Numbered from the stretch's first letter, positions 1 through 8,704 are shown. The stretch: 64,000 nt of DNA from Candidatus Woesearchaeota archaeon (GCA_964608765.1 CAZSPD010000001.1:70912-134911), one strand, 5' to 3'. A program made the numbers and translations. The notes: generated by a model not told the origin, from the sequence alone.

Positions 1-348
1 TCCTGTTCCAAGTATTTTATATTTTTTAAGATTTATTTCCCACCCTTTAGCTGTTTTTTTACCATATTTCTCAATGTTCTTCGTTATTTGCTGAAGATTA
101 ATTCTTTGCCTATTATCTTTTTGAGTTTTTCTAGAAGTTATTCCTTGTTTTCCAAAATAAGTATGCCCATATAATTTAGTAACAAGTGTTGTTTTAGAGT
201 CTCCCCTCTTTCCTGTCCCAGCCATTCCAGTTCCTCCTCTATGTCCTGATTTCTTGTGTTTTTTTCTAGCACCCCATCCATGAGTCCCCATTTTTCTACC
301 ATGCATTCTTGAAACTTTTTTTCTTTTGTGAGTTTTTTTAATTGTCAT
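1..348 (-). CDS. rpl15: 50S ribosomal protein uL15 (N-terminal part; gene runs off the left edge)
   Basis: Hand translation from ATG at 348 gives MTIKKTHKRKKVSRMHGRKMGTHGWGARKKHKKSGHRGGTGMAGTGKRG..., the Gly/Arg/His-rich uL15 N-terminus. It follows uL30 as in the archaeal spc cluster. Absent from the ORF track because there is no stop in the window. Confidence 0.85.
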   Translation of the reverse strand, partial: MTIKKTHKRKKVSRMHGRKMGTHGWGARKKHKKSGHRGGTGMAGTGKRGDSKTTLVTKLYGHTYFGKQGITSRKTQKDNRQRINLQQITKNIEKYGKKTAKGWEINLKKYKILGTG

Positions 349-349
349 T

Positions 350-712
350 TTATAACATCCTTAATATTAAGTCATTTATTTTATCTCCATTATCTCCTAA
401 AACACCTTTTCCAACTCCAAAATGTTTTTTAGATTCAATTCCTTTTCTTGGAGGGTGTAATCTAAAGAAAGGTTTTAATTTTCCATCTTTATCTTTTTTA
501 CCTCTTTGTTTTACTAATTCTTTGTAAACATCATCCCTAATATCCCCATATGCTACAAAGTCTCTTAATTTTTTAATCATCCCTAATTCTTCTTTTGTTC
601 CTTCTAAAACAACACAAGAGTATTTTCTCCTTATCCTCATTCTATTGAGGGTTTCTTGTATATCATGATTTAATCCTATCTTCCCCGCAATTCTTATTAT
701 TGCAATTGCCAT
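350..712 (-). CDS. rpl30: 50S ribosomal protein uL30
   Basis: 120 aa, MAIAIIRIAGKIGLNHDIQETLNRMRIRRKY... Lies between uS5 and uL15 in the conserved operon order. Confidence 0.9.
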   Translation of the reverse strand: MAIAIIRIAGKIGLNHDIQETLNRMRIRRKYSCVVLEGTKEELGMIKKLRDFVAYGDIRDDVYKELVKQRGKKDKDGKLKPFFRLHPPRKGIESKKHFGVGKGVLGDNGDKINDLILRML

Positions 713-1548
713 TATTCTTTTACCTCCCTAGAATTTGTTTTTTCAAGAGCATCAAAACACGCCTTTATTAAATTAAAACTTGTTCTAGCTTTTCCAAAAC
801 TCTTACTATAAACATCTTTTATTCCAGCAAGTTTTAATACTTTTTTTAATTCATTTGCTACTACTAAACCTGTTCCTTGAGGTGCAGGTATTAAAGTTAT
901 TCTTGCACTTCCTGATTTTCCTGTAACTTTAAATGGAACTGTGTGTAGTTCAGAACAATCACAGTCAAATCCTGAACAAGTTCTAGTAACTTTGATTATA
1001 TTGAGTTTTGCTCTTCTCAAAGCTTTGTCTCTTGCTGGAAGTGTTTCCATTGATCTTCCAGTACCATACCCAATGTGTCCATTTTCATCACCCACTATTG
1101 CCATAGCAGAGAATGTTGGAACATTTCCTTCTTGAGTTTTTCTCTGTGTTTGTCTCCACGCTCTTCTTTTTCCTCCACCAAATTTTCCTTTTGATTGTCC
1201 TATTGAAATTAAATCACTTTTCAGATTCATAAGATAATCAGAAATTTCAGGCTCTAGTATTTTTTTGTTTTTATTTAAAATTTCGTCTATATTTTTTATT
1301 TTTCCATCTTTAACATCTCTTCCAAGTTGAGTTTTAGGTTCCCAATATTCAGAAGGAACTGGTTTATCCCTATCAAAAGGTTTTCTAGTTTCTGGCTTTG
1401 ACTTTTTCTCTTCCCCGCCTTTGTTTGCTTCTTTTGAATCTTCTTTAGGAGCTTCTTTACCTTCACTAGTTTCCTCTAATTCTTCACCAGGAGTTTCAGC
1501 ATATTCATCTACTGGTTCTTCTATTTTTTCTTTTTCTTTCTTTGCCAT
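712..1548 (-). CDS. rps5: 30S ribosomal protein uS5 with acidic/Lys-rich N-terminal extension
   Basis: Core AMAIVGDENGHIGYGTGRSMETLPARDKALRRAKLNIIKV is typical uS5. The first ~70 aa are E/K-rich low complexity. Confidence 0.93.
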   Translation of the reverse strand: MAKKEKEKIEEPVDEYAETPGEELEETSEGKEAPKEDSKEANKGGEEKKSKPETRKPFDRDKPVPSEYWEPKTQLGRDVKDGKIKNIDEILNKNKKILEPEISDYLMNLKSDLISIGQSKGKFGGGKRRAWRQTQRKTQEGNVPTFSAMAIVGDENGHIGYGTGRSMETLPARDKALRRAKLNIIKVTRTCSGFDCDCSELHTVPFKVTGKSGSARITLIPAPQGTGLVVANELKKVLKLAGIKDVYSKSFGKARTSFNLIKACFDALEKTNSREVKE

Positions 1549-1549
1549 T

Positions 1550-2038
1550 TTAGATTTTATCTATCTTTGATTTAATTTCATTGAAAGGTATTTTATTTTT
1601 TAGATGCTCTCCAGCAATCCTTTTTTTATCTGGGAAAAATTCTTTTTTACATTCTATTTTTATTCCAGCGTCAATTAATCCATTTAAAAACGAATATACT
1701 TTATTTTTACGTATTACTCTATTCATCCCTGTATCGAGTATTGGATGTACTAGTTTATTTTTTAGTATTGTTTTTCCAGTTAAGTATCCTGTTAAATAAG
1801 ATGCACTGATTGACTTTAAACTACCACTTGCTTCTTTTGGCCATCCATAATCTTTAAGTTTCCTTGAATCAAAACCAAATATTACTTTATCTTTTGCTTC
1901 ATCGCTCTCTATATACTCGCTAATTATGAACTTATTTGTTTTTCTAAATACAACTCTAGGTTTTTCTGATTTTAGTAGTTTCATTCTTTTCAAATAATCT
2001 GTTTTATTTTCTTTTCTTCTTCTTTTTTGGCTTCTCAT
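1550..2038 (-). CDS. rpl18: 50S ribosomal protein uL18
   Basis: RRRKENKTDYLKRMKLLKSEKPRVVFRKTNKFIISEYI matches the uL18 N-terminal signature. Operon position fits. Confidence 0.92.
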   Translation of the reverse strand: MRSQKRRRKENKTDYLKRMKLLKSEKPRVVFRKTNKFIISEYIESDEAKDKVIFGFDSRKLKDYGWPKEASGSLKSISASYLTGYLTGKTILKNKLVHPILDTGMNRVIRKNKVYSFLNGLIDAGIKIECKKEFFPDKKRIAGEHLKNKIPFNEIKSKIDKI

Positions 2039-2441
2039 ATACTTTTCCTCCTAAATTATCCTTTAAATGTGCTTTGCTTCTAAACATTTTATTTCTTATT
2101 TTTTTCCTTAATTCTTTAACCTCTTCTTTTTTTAATTCTCCTTTTCTTTTTTTATCTGCAACAACCCTTCTTAATTTTCTGGTTAATATAACATAATCTT
2201 TTTTTCTTCGATTAACATTTTTCCTAATCTTTCCAGGACTTCTTTTTTTCTTTTTCTTAATATTTTTTCTTCTTCCTTTTACTTCTTTTATTATAATCGC
2301 CCCATCTTTTTGAAGCATTTTCATATCTTGTTTTGTTATTGCTTCTTTTATTTCTGTTAATCTTTCATTAACAAATACTACTCTTTCTTTACCCACTCCA
2401 AATGTATTTGCAGCTAATTGTTTTTTTGCTCTTAAGTTCAT
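2004..2441 (-). CDS. rpl19e: 50S ribosomal protein eL19
   Basis: MNLRAKKQLAANTFGVGKERVVF... with a highly basic C-terminus. Operon position fits. Overlaps rpl18 by 35 nt. Confidence 0.9.
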   Translation of the reverse strand: MNLRAKKQLAANTFGVGKERVVFVNERLTEIKEAITKQDMKMLQKDGAIIIKEVKGRRKNIKKKKKRSPGKIRKNVNRRKKDYVILTRKLRRVVADKKRKGELKKEEVKELRKKIRNKMFRSKAHLKDNLGGKVYEKPKKKKKRK

Positions 2442-2860
2442 TTCTTTTCCTCCTTCTTAACTTTCTCATCTACTTTTTTATCTTTAGGTTTTGATTTTTT
2501 TTCATTTTGTTTAAGGAATTTGTCTACATTTAATTTGTAAATCTTGATACCCATTTCTTTTGCTTTTTTAGCAATTTCTAATTTTTTCTTTTTTCCAACT
2601 TTTCCTATTAATACAATGTTTTCTTTCTTCACTTTTAAAAGCTGAGAAGCATTGTTTATAATTACAGGTATCTTATTTTCTATTTTACCTTTTTCTTTTT
2701 TATCCTTACAATATCCTACAGAGACAATTGCAGGCTTTCCTTTTCTCTGCTCTCTCATCTTATTGTCTCTACCAGTAGGCCTTCTCCAAATCTGTTTTTT
2801 CTTTCTTCTTACTCCTAATTTTGAATACTTATGAGAGGTGTGTCTTAAGAATTTAGGCAT
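2438..2860 (-). CDS. rpl32e: 50S ribosomal protein eL32 with Lys-rich C-terminal extension
   Basis: PKFLRHTSHKYSKLGVRRKKKQIWRRPTGRDNKMR is the eL32 signature. Has a 4-nt overlap with rpl19e. Confidence 0.9.
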   Translation of the reverse strand: MPKFLRHTSHKYSKLGVRRKKKQIWRRPTGRDNKMREQRKGKPAIVSVGYCKDKKEKGKIENKIPVIINNASQLLKVKKENIVLIGKVGKKKKLEIAKKAKEMGIKIYKLNVDKFLKQNEKKSKPKDKKVDEKVKKEEKK

Positions 2861-2861
2861 T

Positions 2862-3404
2862 TTAAATTTCTACTCCATTTTTTGATATTATAAATATTCC
2901 ATCTTGGAAAACTCTTCTATCTCTGTTTCTAACTCTTGTTGCAACTTCAAAATTCGCAGCTGCTTGTCCTCCAAGTTCCTTATCCACAGATTTTATTGTT
3001 ATAATTTCCTTATCAATTTTTATTTCAATGCCTTTAGGAATAACACATTTTCGAGGTATTTTTTCTCCAAGGAAATTTTTAATTAAAGCTTCATTTCCTT
3101 TTAACTCCACATTTATTGGAAAATGACTAGAACATATTTTAAGTTTGTATTCAAATTTTTCATTTACTCCTTTAATCATATTCCTAATATGCGCACTTAT
3201 TGTATTTGTCATTCTTTTTTCATTTTTTGTAGATAAAGGATGCCCTAATTTTATTTTCCCGTCTTTATTTTCAAATTTTAGTTTTCCGAAATTAAATTCT
3301 CTAGAAGATTCACCCTCATTTCCTTTTACAGTTATTTTTCTTCCTTCCTTTTTTACTTCAACTCCAGATGGAATTTCTATTTCTTGGAAAAATTCTTTTT
3401 TCAT
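2862..3404 (-). CDS. rpl6: 50S ribosomal protein uL6
   Basis: 180 aa, two-domain uL6-like sequence (IEIPSGVEVKKEGRKITVKGNEG...). Lies between uS8 and eL32. Confidence 0.9.
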   Translation of the reverse strand: MKKEFFQEIEIPSGVEVKKEGRKITVKGNEGESSREFNFGKLKFENKDGKIKLGHPLSTKNEKRMTNTISAHIRNMIKGVNEKFEYKLKICSSHFPINVELKGNEALIKNFLGEKIPRKCVIPKGIEIKIDKEIITIKSVDKELGGQAAANFEVATRVRNRDRRVFQDGIFIISKNGVEI

Positions 3405-3405
3405 T

Positions 3406-3786
3406 TTAATAAAAATAAGCTATTAAGCACCCTCCTATACCTTCTTTCTGAGCTTCTTCGTGAGTCATTAATCCTTTATTTGTAGAAACTATAAGTGTTC
3501 CAAGATTTCTTGCTGGGAGATATCTTCTCCTATATTTTTCAATTTGATCCTTATCACAACTTAATCTTGGTTTTACTGCTTTACATTCTGAAATGTCTCC
3601 GATAGTAAGTGTAATTGACTTGTCCTTTGGATTTATTTTATACTTGACTATTGCTTTTTCTTGCTTCATAATTTTGAGTATCTCTATAAGTAGGTTTGAG
3701 ATTCTTTTAATCTCAATATTTTCCTTCTTCGCCTTTTTGGCGTTTTTTATCATATTCAAAGCATCTGCAACTACATCGTGTGACAT
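3406..3786 (-). CDS. rps8: 30S ribosomal protein uS8
   Basis: MSHDVVADALNMIKNAKKAKKENIEI... is a typical uS8 start. I moved the start to the internal ATG at 3786, which abuts the rps14 stop. The track ORF starts 30 nt upstream inside rps14. Confidence 0.9.
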   Translation of the reverse strand: MSHDVVADALNMIKNAKKAKKENIEIKRISNLLIEILKIMKQEKAIVKYKINPKDKSITLTIGDISECKAVKPRLSCDKDQIEKYRRRYLPARNLGTLIVSTNKGLMTHEEAQKEGIGGCLIAYFY

Positions 3787-3787
3787 T

Positions 3788-4018
3788 TTAGTTATATTTC
3801 CTAAAGCCGATTTCATTTGCTATTTCTCTAAAGCACTGTCGGCATAAATTTAATCCATATGATTTTATATGTCCCCCAAATCTACCGCATCTTTCGCATT
3901 TTTTAGTAGCGATTCCAGTTTTCCTTTTTTTAGGGTCATTGTGCTTTATATATTTCTTCTTTACTACTGGCTTTGCATCCAATTGTTTCAGTATTTTTTT
4001 CCAATCGCTTGCTGTCAT
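3788..4018 (-). CDS. rps14: 30S ribosomal protein uS14, zinc-binding (type Z)
   Basis: C-terminal [25 protein letters not shown], a CxxC...CxxC zinc-ribbon uS14 motif. Operon position fits. Confidence 0.92.
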   Translation of the reverse strand: MTASDWKKILKQLDAKPVVKKKYIKHNDPKKRKTGIATKKCERCGRFGGHIKSYGLNLCRQCFREIANEIGFRKYN

Positions 4019-4031
4019 TTTTTATCCTGTG

Positions 4032-4529
4032 TTATTTGAATTTTGTTTGGAAGTTTTCTTCCATAAATTTAATTATTTCTTCTGGGGTTATTACTTGTTT
4101 TTTAGAGACTTTTCCTCTCTTTATCTTTCTTTGCCCAACTCTCCTTCCGCTCCTCTTAAATACAATTGTTACATCAAGTCCAATTATTCCAATGTCTCTT
4201 TGATATTCTATTCCCGGAATTTCAATATACTCCTTTATTCCAAACGAAAAATTATTTTCACTTATTTGTTTATACTTTAAAGTGTTATCTATGCTTATTA
4301 GAAGTTTCTTTAAAAGATCATCAAAATCTTTCCTTAATGTTACAACTGCTCCAACTTCAAGTCCAGGCCTTACTCCCCAAGTAGGTATTCTTTTTTTAGA
4401 TTTTATCTTAGCAGGATTTTTATTTGTTAAAATTTTTAAAAGTTTAAACCCTTTTTCTAATCCATCAGCTGTTCCACCAACACCTAACACAACCTTTTCA
4501 ATTTTTATTTTTCTCATTATGTTTTCCAT
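4032..4529 (-). CDS. rpl5: 50S ribosomal protein uL5
   Basis: IKIEKVVLGVGGTADGLEKGFKLLKILTNKNP...WGVRPGLEVGAVVTLRKD is typical of archaeal uL5. Confidence 0.92.
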   Translation of the reverse strand: MENIMRKIKIEKVVLGVGGTADGLEKGFKLLKILTNKNPAKIKSKKRIPTWGVRPGLEVGAVVTLRKDFDDLLKKLLISIDNTLKYKQISENNFSFGIKEYIEIPGIEYQRDIGIIGLDVTIVFKRSGRRVGQRKIKRGKVSKKQVITPEEIIKFMEENFQTKFK

Positions 4530-4530
4530 T

Positions 4531-5181
4531 TTAATTGATTACAATAATTTGTTTAATTAATACATTTATTTTTTCTTTTCCAACATTTATCTCAGCTATC
4601 TTTCTTTCATTATTTATTTTTTCAATCTCTCCAGATTCTCCTGCATGTTTTCCAGCAAAGATAATTACTTTAGATTTTTCAGCTAATTGAAGACATTTTT
4701 CTATTTTCTTAGTTTTAAGATTTATAAGGACAGAATCATTGATTTTACACTTTAATTCAGATAAAAAGTTTCTACCATCACTTAGGTTTAATTGTGTTTT
4801 TTTACCTTTTAGCATTTTTTTATTTATTATTTTTGCAACTTTAGTATTTGCTTCACTTTCTTTTATCTCTTCAACACCTAATTTTCTATTTTTCATAATA
4901 GTAAGTTTATAGTGTTGCTTAGATGTAGTTAAAGTGATCACATCAAATAACATAACTCCTTCTTTCTCATCACGAACTTTCCTTCCATTTAGTAATATAC
5001 TATTTAACCTAATCATTTTTTTGACTTCTCTTCTATTTTGTGCTATTTTTAACAAATCTCTTAATATGATTAATACAGGTAATGAATTTGAAAATCCTAT
5101 ATTTGGTTTAACTACAAATGTAGTTCCTTTTCTTGCTATTGGCCATGTTTTTGGTACAGCGTGTCTTTTTATGCTAGTCAT
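4531..5181 (-). CDS. rps4e: 30S ribosomal protein eS4
   Basis: MTSIKRHAVPKTWPIARKGTTFVVKPN... is the eS4 N-terminal signature. Operon position fits. Confidence 0.92.
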   Translation of the reverse strand: MTSIKRHAVPKTWPIARKGTTFVVKPNIGFSNSLPVLIILRDLLKIAQNRREVKKMIRLNSILLNGRKVRDEKEGVMLFDVITLTTSKQHYKLTIMKNRKLGVEEIKESEANTKVAKIINKKMLKGKKTQLNLSDGRNFLSELKCKINDSVLINLKTKKIEKCLQLAEKSKVIIFAGKHAGESGEIEKINNERKIAEINVGKEKINVLIKQIIVIN

Positions 5182-5624
5182 TTTTTATTCTCCTTCTTTG
5201 CTTTAGTTTTTATCTTTTTTTCACTTTCAGGGATTTTTTTAGATAATTCCTCTTTACTTTCTTTTTTAATTTTAGGTTTTCTATCCACCATTTCAATAAT
5301 CTGAAGATTTGATGGTTGCAATTTTACACTTGCTTTTGAACCATCTTGTTTTTTTACATTTAGGTCTTCAATAATTATTTTTGAGGTTTTAAGATTTACT
5401 GAAAGTATCTTCCCTGTTTTTCCTTTAAATTTACCAATTATTACTTTTACTTTATCTCCTTTTTTAGCAGGGATATTTCTTTGATTAGCTTTTTTCCTTA
5501 ATTCTTTTGAAAGGTTTACACTTACAAATTTCTTTCTTAAATGTAATGGGGCATTTGTTTTGTATTTCCTTTGCTTTCTTGGTTGTTTACTTGACTTCCA
5601 TTTAGTTGAAAATTTTTGTTTCAT
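5178..5624 (-). CDS. rpl24: 50S ribosomal protein uL24 with Lys/Glu-rich C-terminal tail
   Basis: SKQPRKQRKYKTNAPLHLRKKFVSVNLSKELRKK...KKGDKVKVIIGKFKGKTGKI contains a KOW motif. Has a 4-nt overlap with rps4e. Confidence 0.92.
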   Translation of the reverse strand: MKQKFSTKWKSSKQPRKQRKYKTNAPLHLRKKFVSVNLSKELRKKANQRNIPAKKGDKVKVIIGKFKGKTGKILSVNLKTSKIIIEDLNVKKQDGSKASVKLQPSNLQIIEMVDRKPKIKKESKEELSKKIPESEKKIKTKAKKENKK

Positions 5625-5625
5625 T

Positions 5626-6027
5626 TTAATATACTACTGAGGCGATTTTAGCTACTTGAGCCCATCTTTCCTGAACCTCCCTTGCAATTGGTCCTTTAAT
5701 TTGAGTTCCTTTTGGATTCCCTTTTTCATCTTTTAAAATTGCAACAGCATTGTCTTCAAATGCTATTCTCTCTCCATTTAATCTTCTAAATGGTTTTTTC
5801 TGCCTTATAATAACTGCATCAAAGACTTTTCCTTTCATATCTGGAACACCTTTTCTTACAGATACTTTTACCCAATCTGCAATTTTTGCTGCTGTTTGTT
5901 TTCCTTTTTTTGCTTTAGATTTTTTAACTGAAACTATTTTTACTATTTTAGCTCCACTATTGTCTGCAGCAATTAAATTTGTTCCTAGATTTAATGCTTC
6001 TGTTGTCCTTGCACTTATTGCTTTCAT
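5626..6027 (-). CDS. rpl14: 50S ribosomal protein uL14
   Basis: LNLGTNLIAADNSGAKIVKIVSV... is a typical uL14 core. Confidence 0.93.
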   Translation of the reverse strand: MKAISARTTEALNLGTNLIAADNSGAKIVKIVSVKKSKAKKGKQTAAKIADWVKVSVRKGVPDMKGKVFDAVIIRQKKPFRRLNGERIAFEDNAVAILKDEKGNPKGTQIKGPIAREVQERWAQVAKIASVVY

Positions 6028-6028
6028 T

Positions 6029-6394
6029 TTATTTGTTTACCTCTGAAACATCTTTTATTTTTTTGATTACAACAAAATGTATTATTTTACTTAAAGGTCT
6101 GCATTCTTGAACTTTAACTAAATCTCCAACATTAATTTCATTTTCCATAGAGTATAAAAGTCTTGCATGCACTTTAGTTTTTAATCTAGCATATCTTTCA
6201 TATTTTCTTATATACACCATTCTTTCAAATTCTAAGACAATTCTCTTCGGGAATTTTTTTGTAACTATTCCTTCAAATACTCTTCCTCTTGTAACTATTT
6301 TCTTTTCATTTAGAGGCATAGCTATGATTTCTTTTCCTTTTTCTTCCCTTTTGGCACTTTTACCTTTAGCTTCTGTTTTTCTTTTTCTTTCCAT
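6029..6394 (-). CDS. rps17: 30S ribosomal protein uS17
   Basis: TRGRVFEGIVTKKFPKRIVLEFERMVYIRKYERYARLKTKVHA...VGDLVKVQECRPLSK is the uS17 OB-fold signature. Confidence 0.92.
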   Translation of the reverse strand: MERKRKTEAKGKSAKREEKGKEIIAMPLNEKKIVTRGRVFEGIVTKKFPKRIVLEFERMVYIRKYERYARLKTKVHARLLYSMENEINVGDLVKVQECRPLSKIIHFVVIKKIKDVSEVNK

Positions 6395-6411
6395 TTTGTT
6401 TTATTGTTGGT

Positions 6412-6711
6412 TTAATCCTCTATAGAGTTGTTCTCAAAGCCCATCTTAGCAAGAAGAGGTTTTATCTTCTTCATGTGGTCTCCTTGGAGCTCTACTGTGT
6501 TGTTCTTAGAGGTTCCTCCGCATGCAAGCTCGTTTTTGAGAGCCTTTGCGATTTTTTTAATGTCCACGTCTTTGTCAAATCCGCTTATAACTGTGACATA
6601 TTTTCCGTATCTCTTTCTGTCCAGTTTGACATTTATTCTCTGCGAACCTCTTGTGAGGTTTTCCCACTCTATTGCCTGTAAAGGCAATCCTGTTTTCGGA
6701 TCTATTTCCAT
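6412..6711 (-). CDS. translation initiation factor aSUI1 (eIF1 family)
   Basis: 99 aa. RINVKLDRKRYGKYVTVISGFDKDVDIKKIAKALKNELACGGTSKNNTVELQGDH matches the SUI1 domain. Lies between rpl29 and rps17, as in many Euryarchaeota. Confidence 0.88.
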   Translation of the reverse strand: MEIDPKTGLPLQAIEWENLTRGSQRINVKLDRKRYGKYVTVISGFDKDVDIKKIAKALKNELACGGTSKNNTVELQGDHMKKIKPLLAKMGFENNSIED

Positions 6712-6714
6712 AGT

Positions 6715-6906
6715 TTACTTTGTTTCAACACCTCCCTTAGAGGCATTGAATGTTAATATTTTTGCTATTGCTCTTTTAATCTCTTTAGGATTTGCATTCC
6801 CAGTTTTTGAAGCATTTGTTTTTGACTTTAAAAGTTCTATTTTTAATTCACGAAGCTTCTTTTCTCTTTCATCGTCATTCATTTTTGTTATTTCTTTGTA
6901 TTTCAT
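6715..6906 (-). CDS. rpl29: 50S ribosomal protein uL29
   Basis: 63 aa, MNDDEREKKLRELKIELLKSK... coiled-coil uL29 pattern. Follows uS3. Confidence 0.88.
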   Translation of the reverse strand: MKYKEITKMNDDEREKKLRELKIELLKSKTNASKTGNANPKEIKRAIAKILTFNASKGGVETK

Positions 6907-6911
6907 TTTTC

Positions 6912-7583
6912 TTATTTTTTAATTTTATTTATTTTTTTAGCAGGTTTGTTTAGGAATTCTTGTTCATTTATTTTTAATCTTTCTTTGAGATTGTTATCAA
7001 TAGATATTCTATCTTTTAACACAGCATGAGGAGATAAAATACTTACTTTTATTCCAACTGTTCCAGGTTTAGTTTCAGCTCTTGCTTGAGCTCTATCAAC
7101 TACCTTTGCACTGTCCCCAGTTTTTTTTAAATATCCTTGAGCAAATCTCCAAGTTTTAGCTCTTGAACCAGGAAGCTTTCCACTTAACCTTATCTCACAT
7201 CCAAGTGCACCTGCCCTCATAACTCTCTCTAAATTTCTGTATGCTAGTATTTTAAATTTTAATGGACCAAATCTTTCTAATCCTAATGCTATTTCATCTG
7301 CAACTATTTGAGCATCAAAGTCTGGTTCAGTTATTTCTTCAACATCGAGATGCAAGTTTTCAAATTTAAAGTGTTTTCTTAAATACTCATTAATTTCATT
7401 TAATTTTTCTCCGCCTTTACCGATTATTAAGCCAGGTTTATTTGTTGAAATTATTACTTTTTCCCCTACTGGAGTATACTCTATTCTAACCTTACTTATT
7501 TTACCTTTCCCTAACATTTTTTTAATTGATTCTTTTATTGCAAATTCTTCTTTCTTGAGTTTTACAGTTTGTTTTTCTTCCAT
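6912..7583 (-). CDS. rps3: 30S ribosomal protein uS3
   Basis: KH-domain region VIISTNKPGLIIGKGGEKLNEINEYL and C-terminal domain GALGCEIRLSGKLPGSRAKTWRFAQGYL. Confidence 0.93.
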   Translation of the reverse strand: MEEKQTVKLKKEEFAIKESIKKMLGKGKISKVRIEYTPVGEKVIISTNKPGLIIGKGGEKLNEINEYLRKHFKFENLHLDVEEITEPDFDAQIVADEIALGLERFGPLKFKILAYRNLERVMRAGALGCEIRLSGKLPGSRAKTWRFAQGYLKKTGDSAKVVDRAQARAETKPGTVGIKVSILSPHAVLKDRISIDNNLKERLKINEQEFLNKPAKKINKIKK

Positions 7584-7585
7584 GT

Positions 7586-8302
7586 TTATTTTTTACTCTC
7601 CTTAGTTTTATTTTCTTTAACTTTTATTTCAACTGCTTTAAGTCTTATATGGCTTCTTTTTCTTTTAACTCTTCCAAATCTTCCTCTTGGAGCAGGAGCC
7701 CAATTTGCACTTGCTTCAGCAATTACTGGATCAAGCATTTCATGATTGTTTGCATTTCCAGCAAGGCTTTTAAGCAAGATTATGAAATGTTTCGAAGCTC
7801 TTTGAGGATATTTTCCTCCTGCAATTCCTTTTCCTTTTTTATGAGCATACTCTCCTTTCATAGGGACAGCTTTCTTTAATAATACAACTTGTTCCAAATC
7901 TCTTATTGCATCCCCTATTCTTTTACCTTTTACAAATTTGCAAATACTAATAGCATACTTTGTAGATATTGGAATGTTTTTAGCATTAACATAAACTTCT
8001 TCTTTCTTTATTTTTTTTGAAGGTTTTTTAATTTCTTTTGTTTTTTTATCATCAGTTTTCTTTTCTTCTTTTTTCTCGTCTATATTTTTATTTTCAACTT
8101 TTTTATCATCAGTCTTTGTTTTTTCTATCTTCTTATCCTCAATTTTTTCTTCTTCTATTTTCTTTTCTTCAACTTTCATCTTTTCTACTTTTTTTTCAAT
8201 TTTATCTTCTTTTTTTGGTTTATTTTGAATTGCATTTGCTTTAGATTGCTTTTTCATTGCATTTTTTTCTTTTTGATTTGGGTTGTAGTTTTTTTCAGTC
8301 AT
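7586..8302 (-). CDS. rpl22: 50S ribosomal protein uL22 with ~95-aa Lys/Glu-rich repetitive N-terminal extension
   Basis: The C-terminal ~140 aa are uL22-like (AKNIPISTKYAISICKFVKGKRIGDAIRDLEQVV...). The N-terminus is KKIEEEKIEDKKIEK-type repeats. Confidence 0.9.
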   Translation of the reverse strand: MTEKNYNPNQKEKNAMKKQSKANAIQNKPKKEDKIEKKVEKMKVEEKKIEEEKIEDKKIEKTKTDDKKVENKNIDEKKEEKKTDDKKTKEIKKPSKKIKKEEVYVNAKNIPISTKYAISICKFVKGKRIGDAIRDLEQVVLLKKAVPMKGEYAHKKGKGIAGGKYPQRASKHFIILLKSLAGNANNHEMLDPVIAEASANWAPAPRGRFGRVKRKRSHIRLKAVEIKVKENKTKESKK

Positions 8303-8307
8303 TTTAT

Positions 8308-8703
8308 TTATTTCTTGGATTTATGTTTAGTTCCTTTTGTAGCACCAACTCCTGCTTTACTATGTGCAACTCTTGAGCGTGTAAGAGACATTTCACCTAA
8401 TCTATGTCCTAACATTTCAGGTTCAATAATAATTTGATTGAAATTCTTTCCATTATAAACAAATATAGTCATACCCATCATCTGAGGGACAATTATAATG
8501 CCTCTTAAGTGGGTTCTAACTTTTTTTCCTTTTTCAATTTTTATTTTTGCTTGCTTAACAAATTCTTCTATAACTTGGAAATTTCTAAGAACAGTTCTTT
8601 TTTGTCTTGAAGGAAGATATTTTGCAAATTCACGAACTTCTAGTTCTTTTAATTCTTCAACTGTTTTCCCTCGGTACATGTATTGTTTTTTTTGTATTTC
8701 CAT
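8308..8703 (-). CDS. rps19: 30S ribosomal protein uS19
   Basis: IIVPQMMGMTIFVYNGKNFNQIIIEPEMLGHRLGEMSLTRSRVAH is the uS19 signature. Confidence 0.93.
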   Translation of the reverse strand: MEIQKKQYMYRGKTVEELKELEVREFAKYLPSRQKRTVLRNFQVIEEFVKQAKIKIEKGKKVRTHLRGIIIVPQMMGMTIFVYNGKNFNQIIIEPEMLGHRLGEMSLTRSRVAHSKAGVGATKGTKHKSKK

Positions 8704-8704
8704 T

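Noticed and set aside
3787-3816. Thirty-nt upstream extension of rps8 ([10 protein letters not shown]) overlapping rps14
   Set aside because: The internal ATG at 3786 gives the canonical uS8 N-terminus and removes the overlap. The extension is not conserved-looking.
6428-6922. 164-aa plus-strand ORF antisense to SUI1 and rpl29
   Set aside because: It lies opposite two well-supported conserved genes. Its Phe/Ser/Leu-rich sequence is typical of antisense translation of Lys/Glu-rich genes. It stays open only because of the locally higher GC of SUI1.
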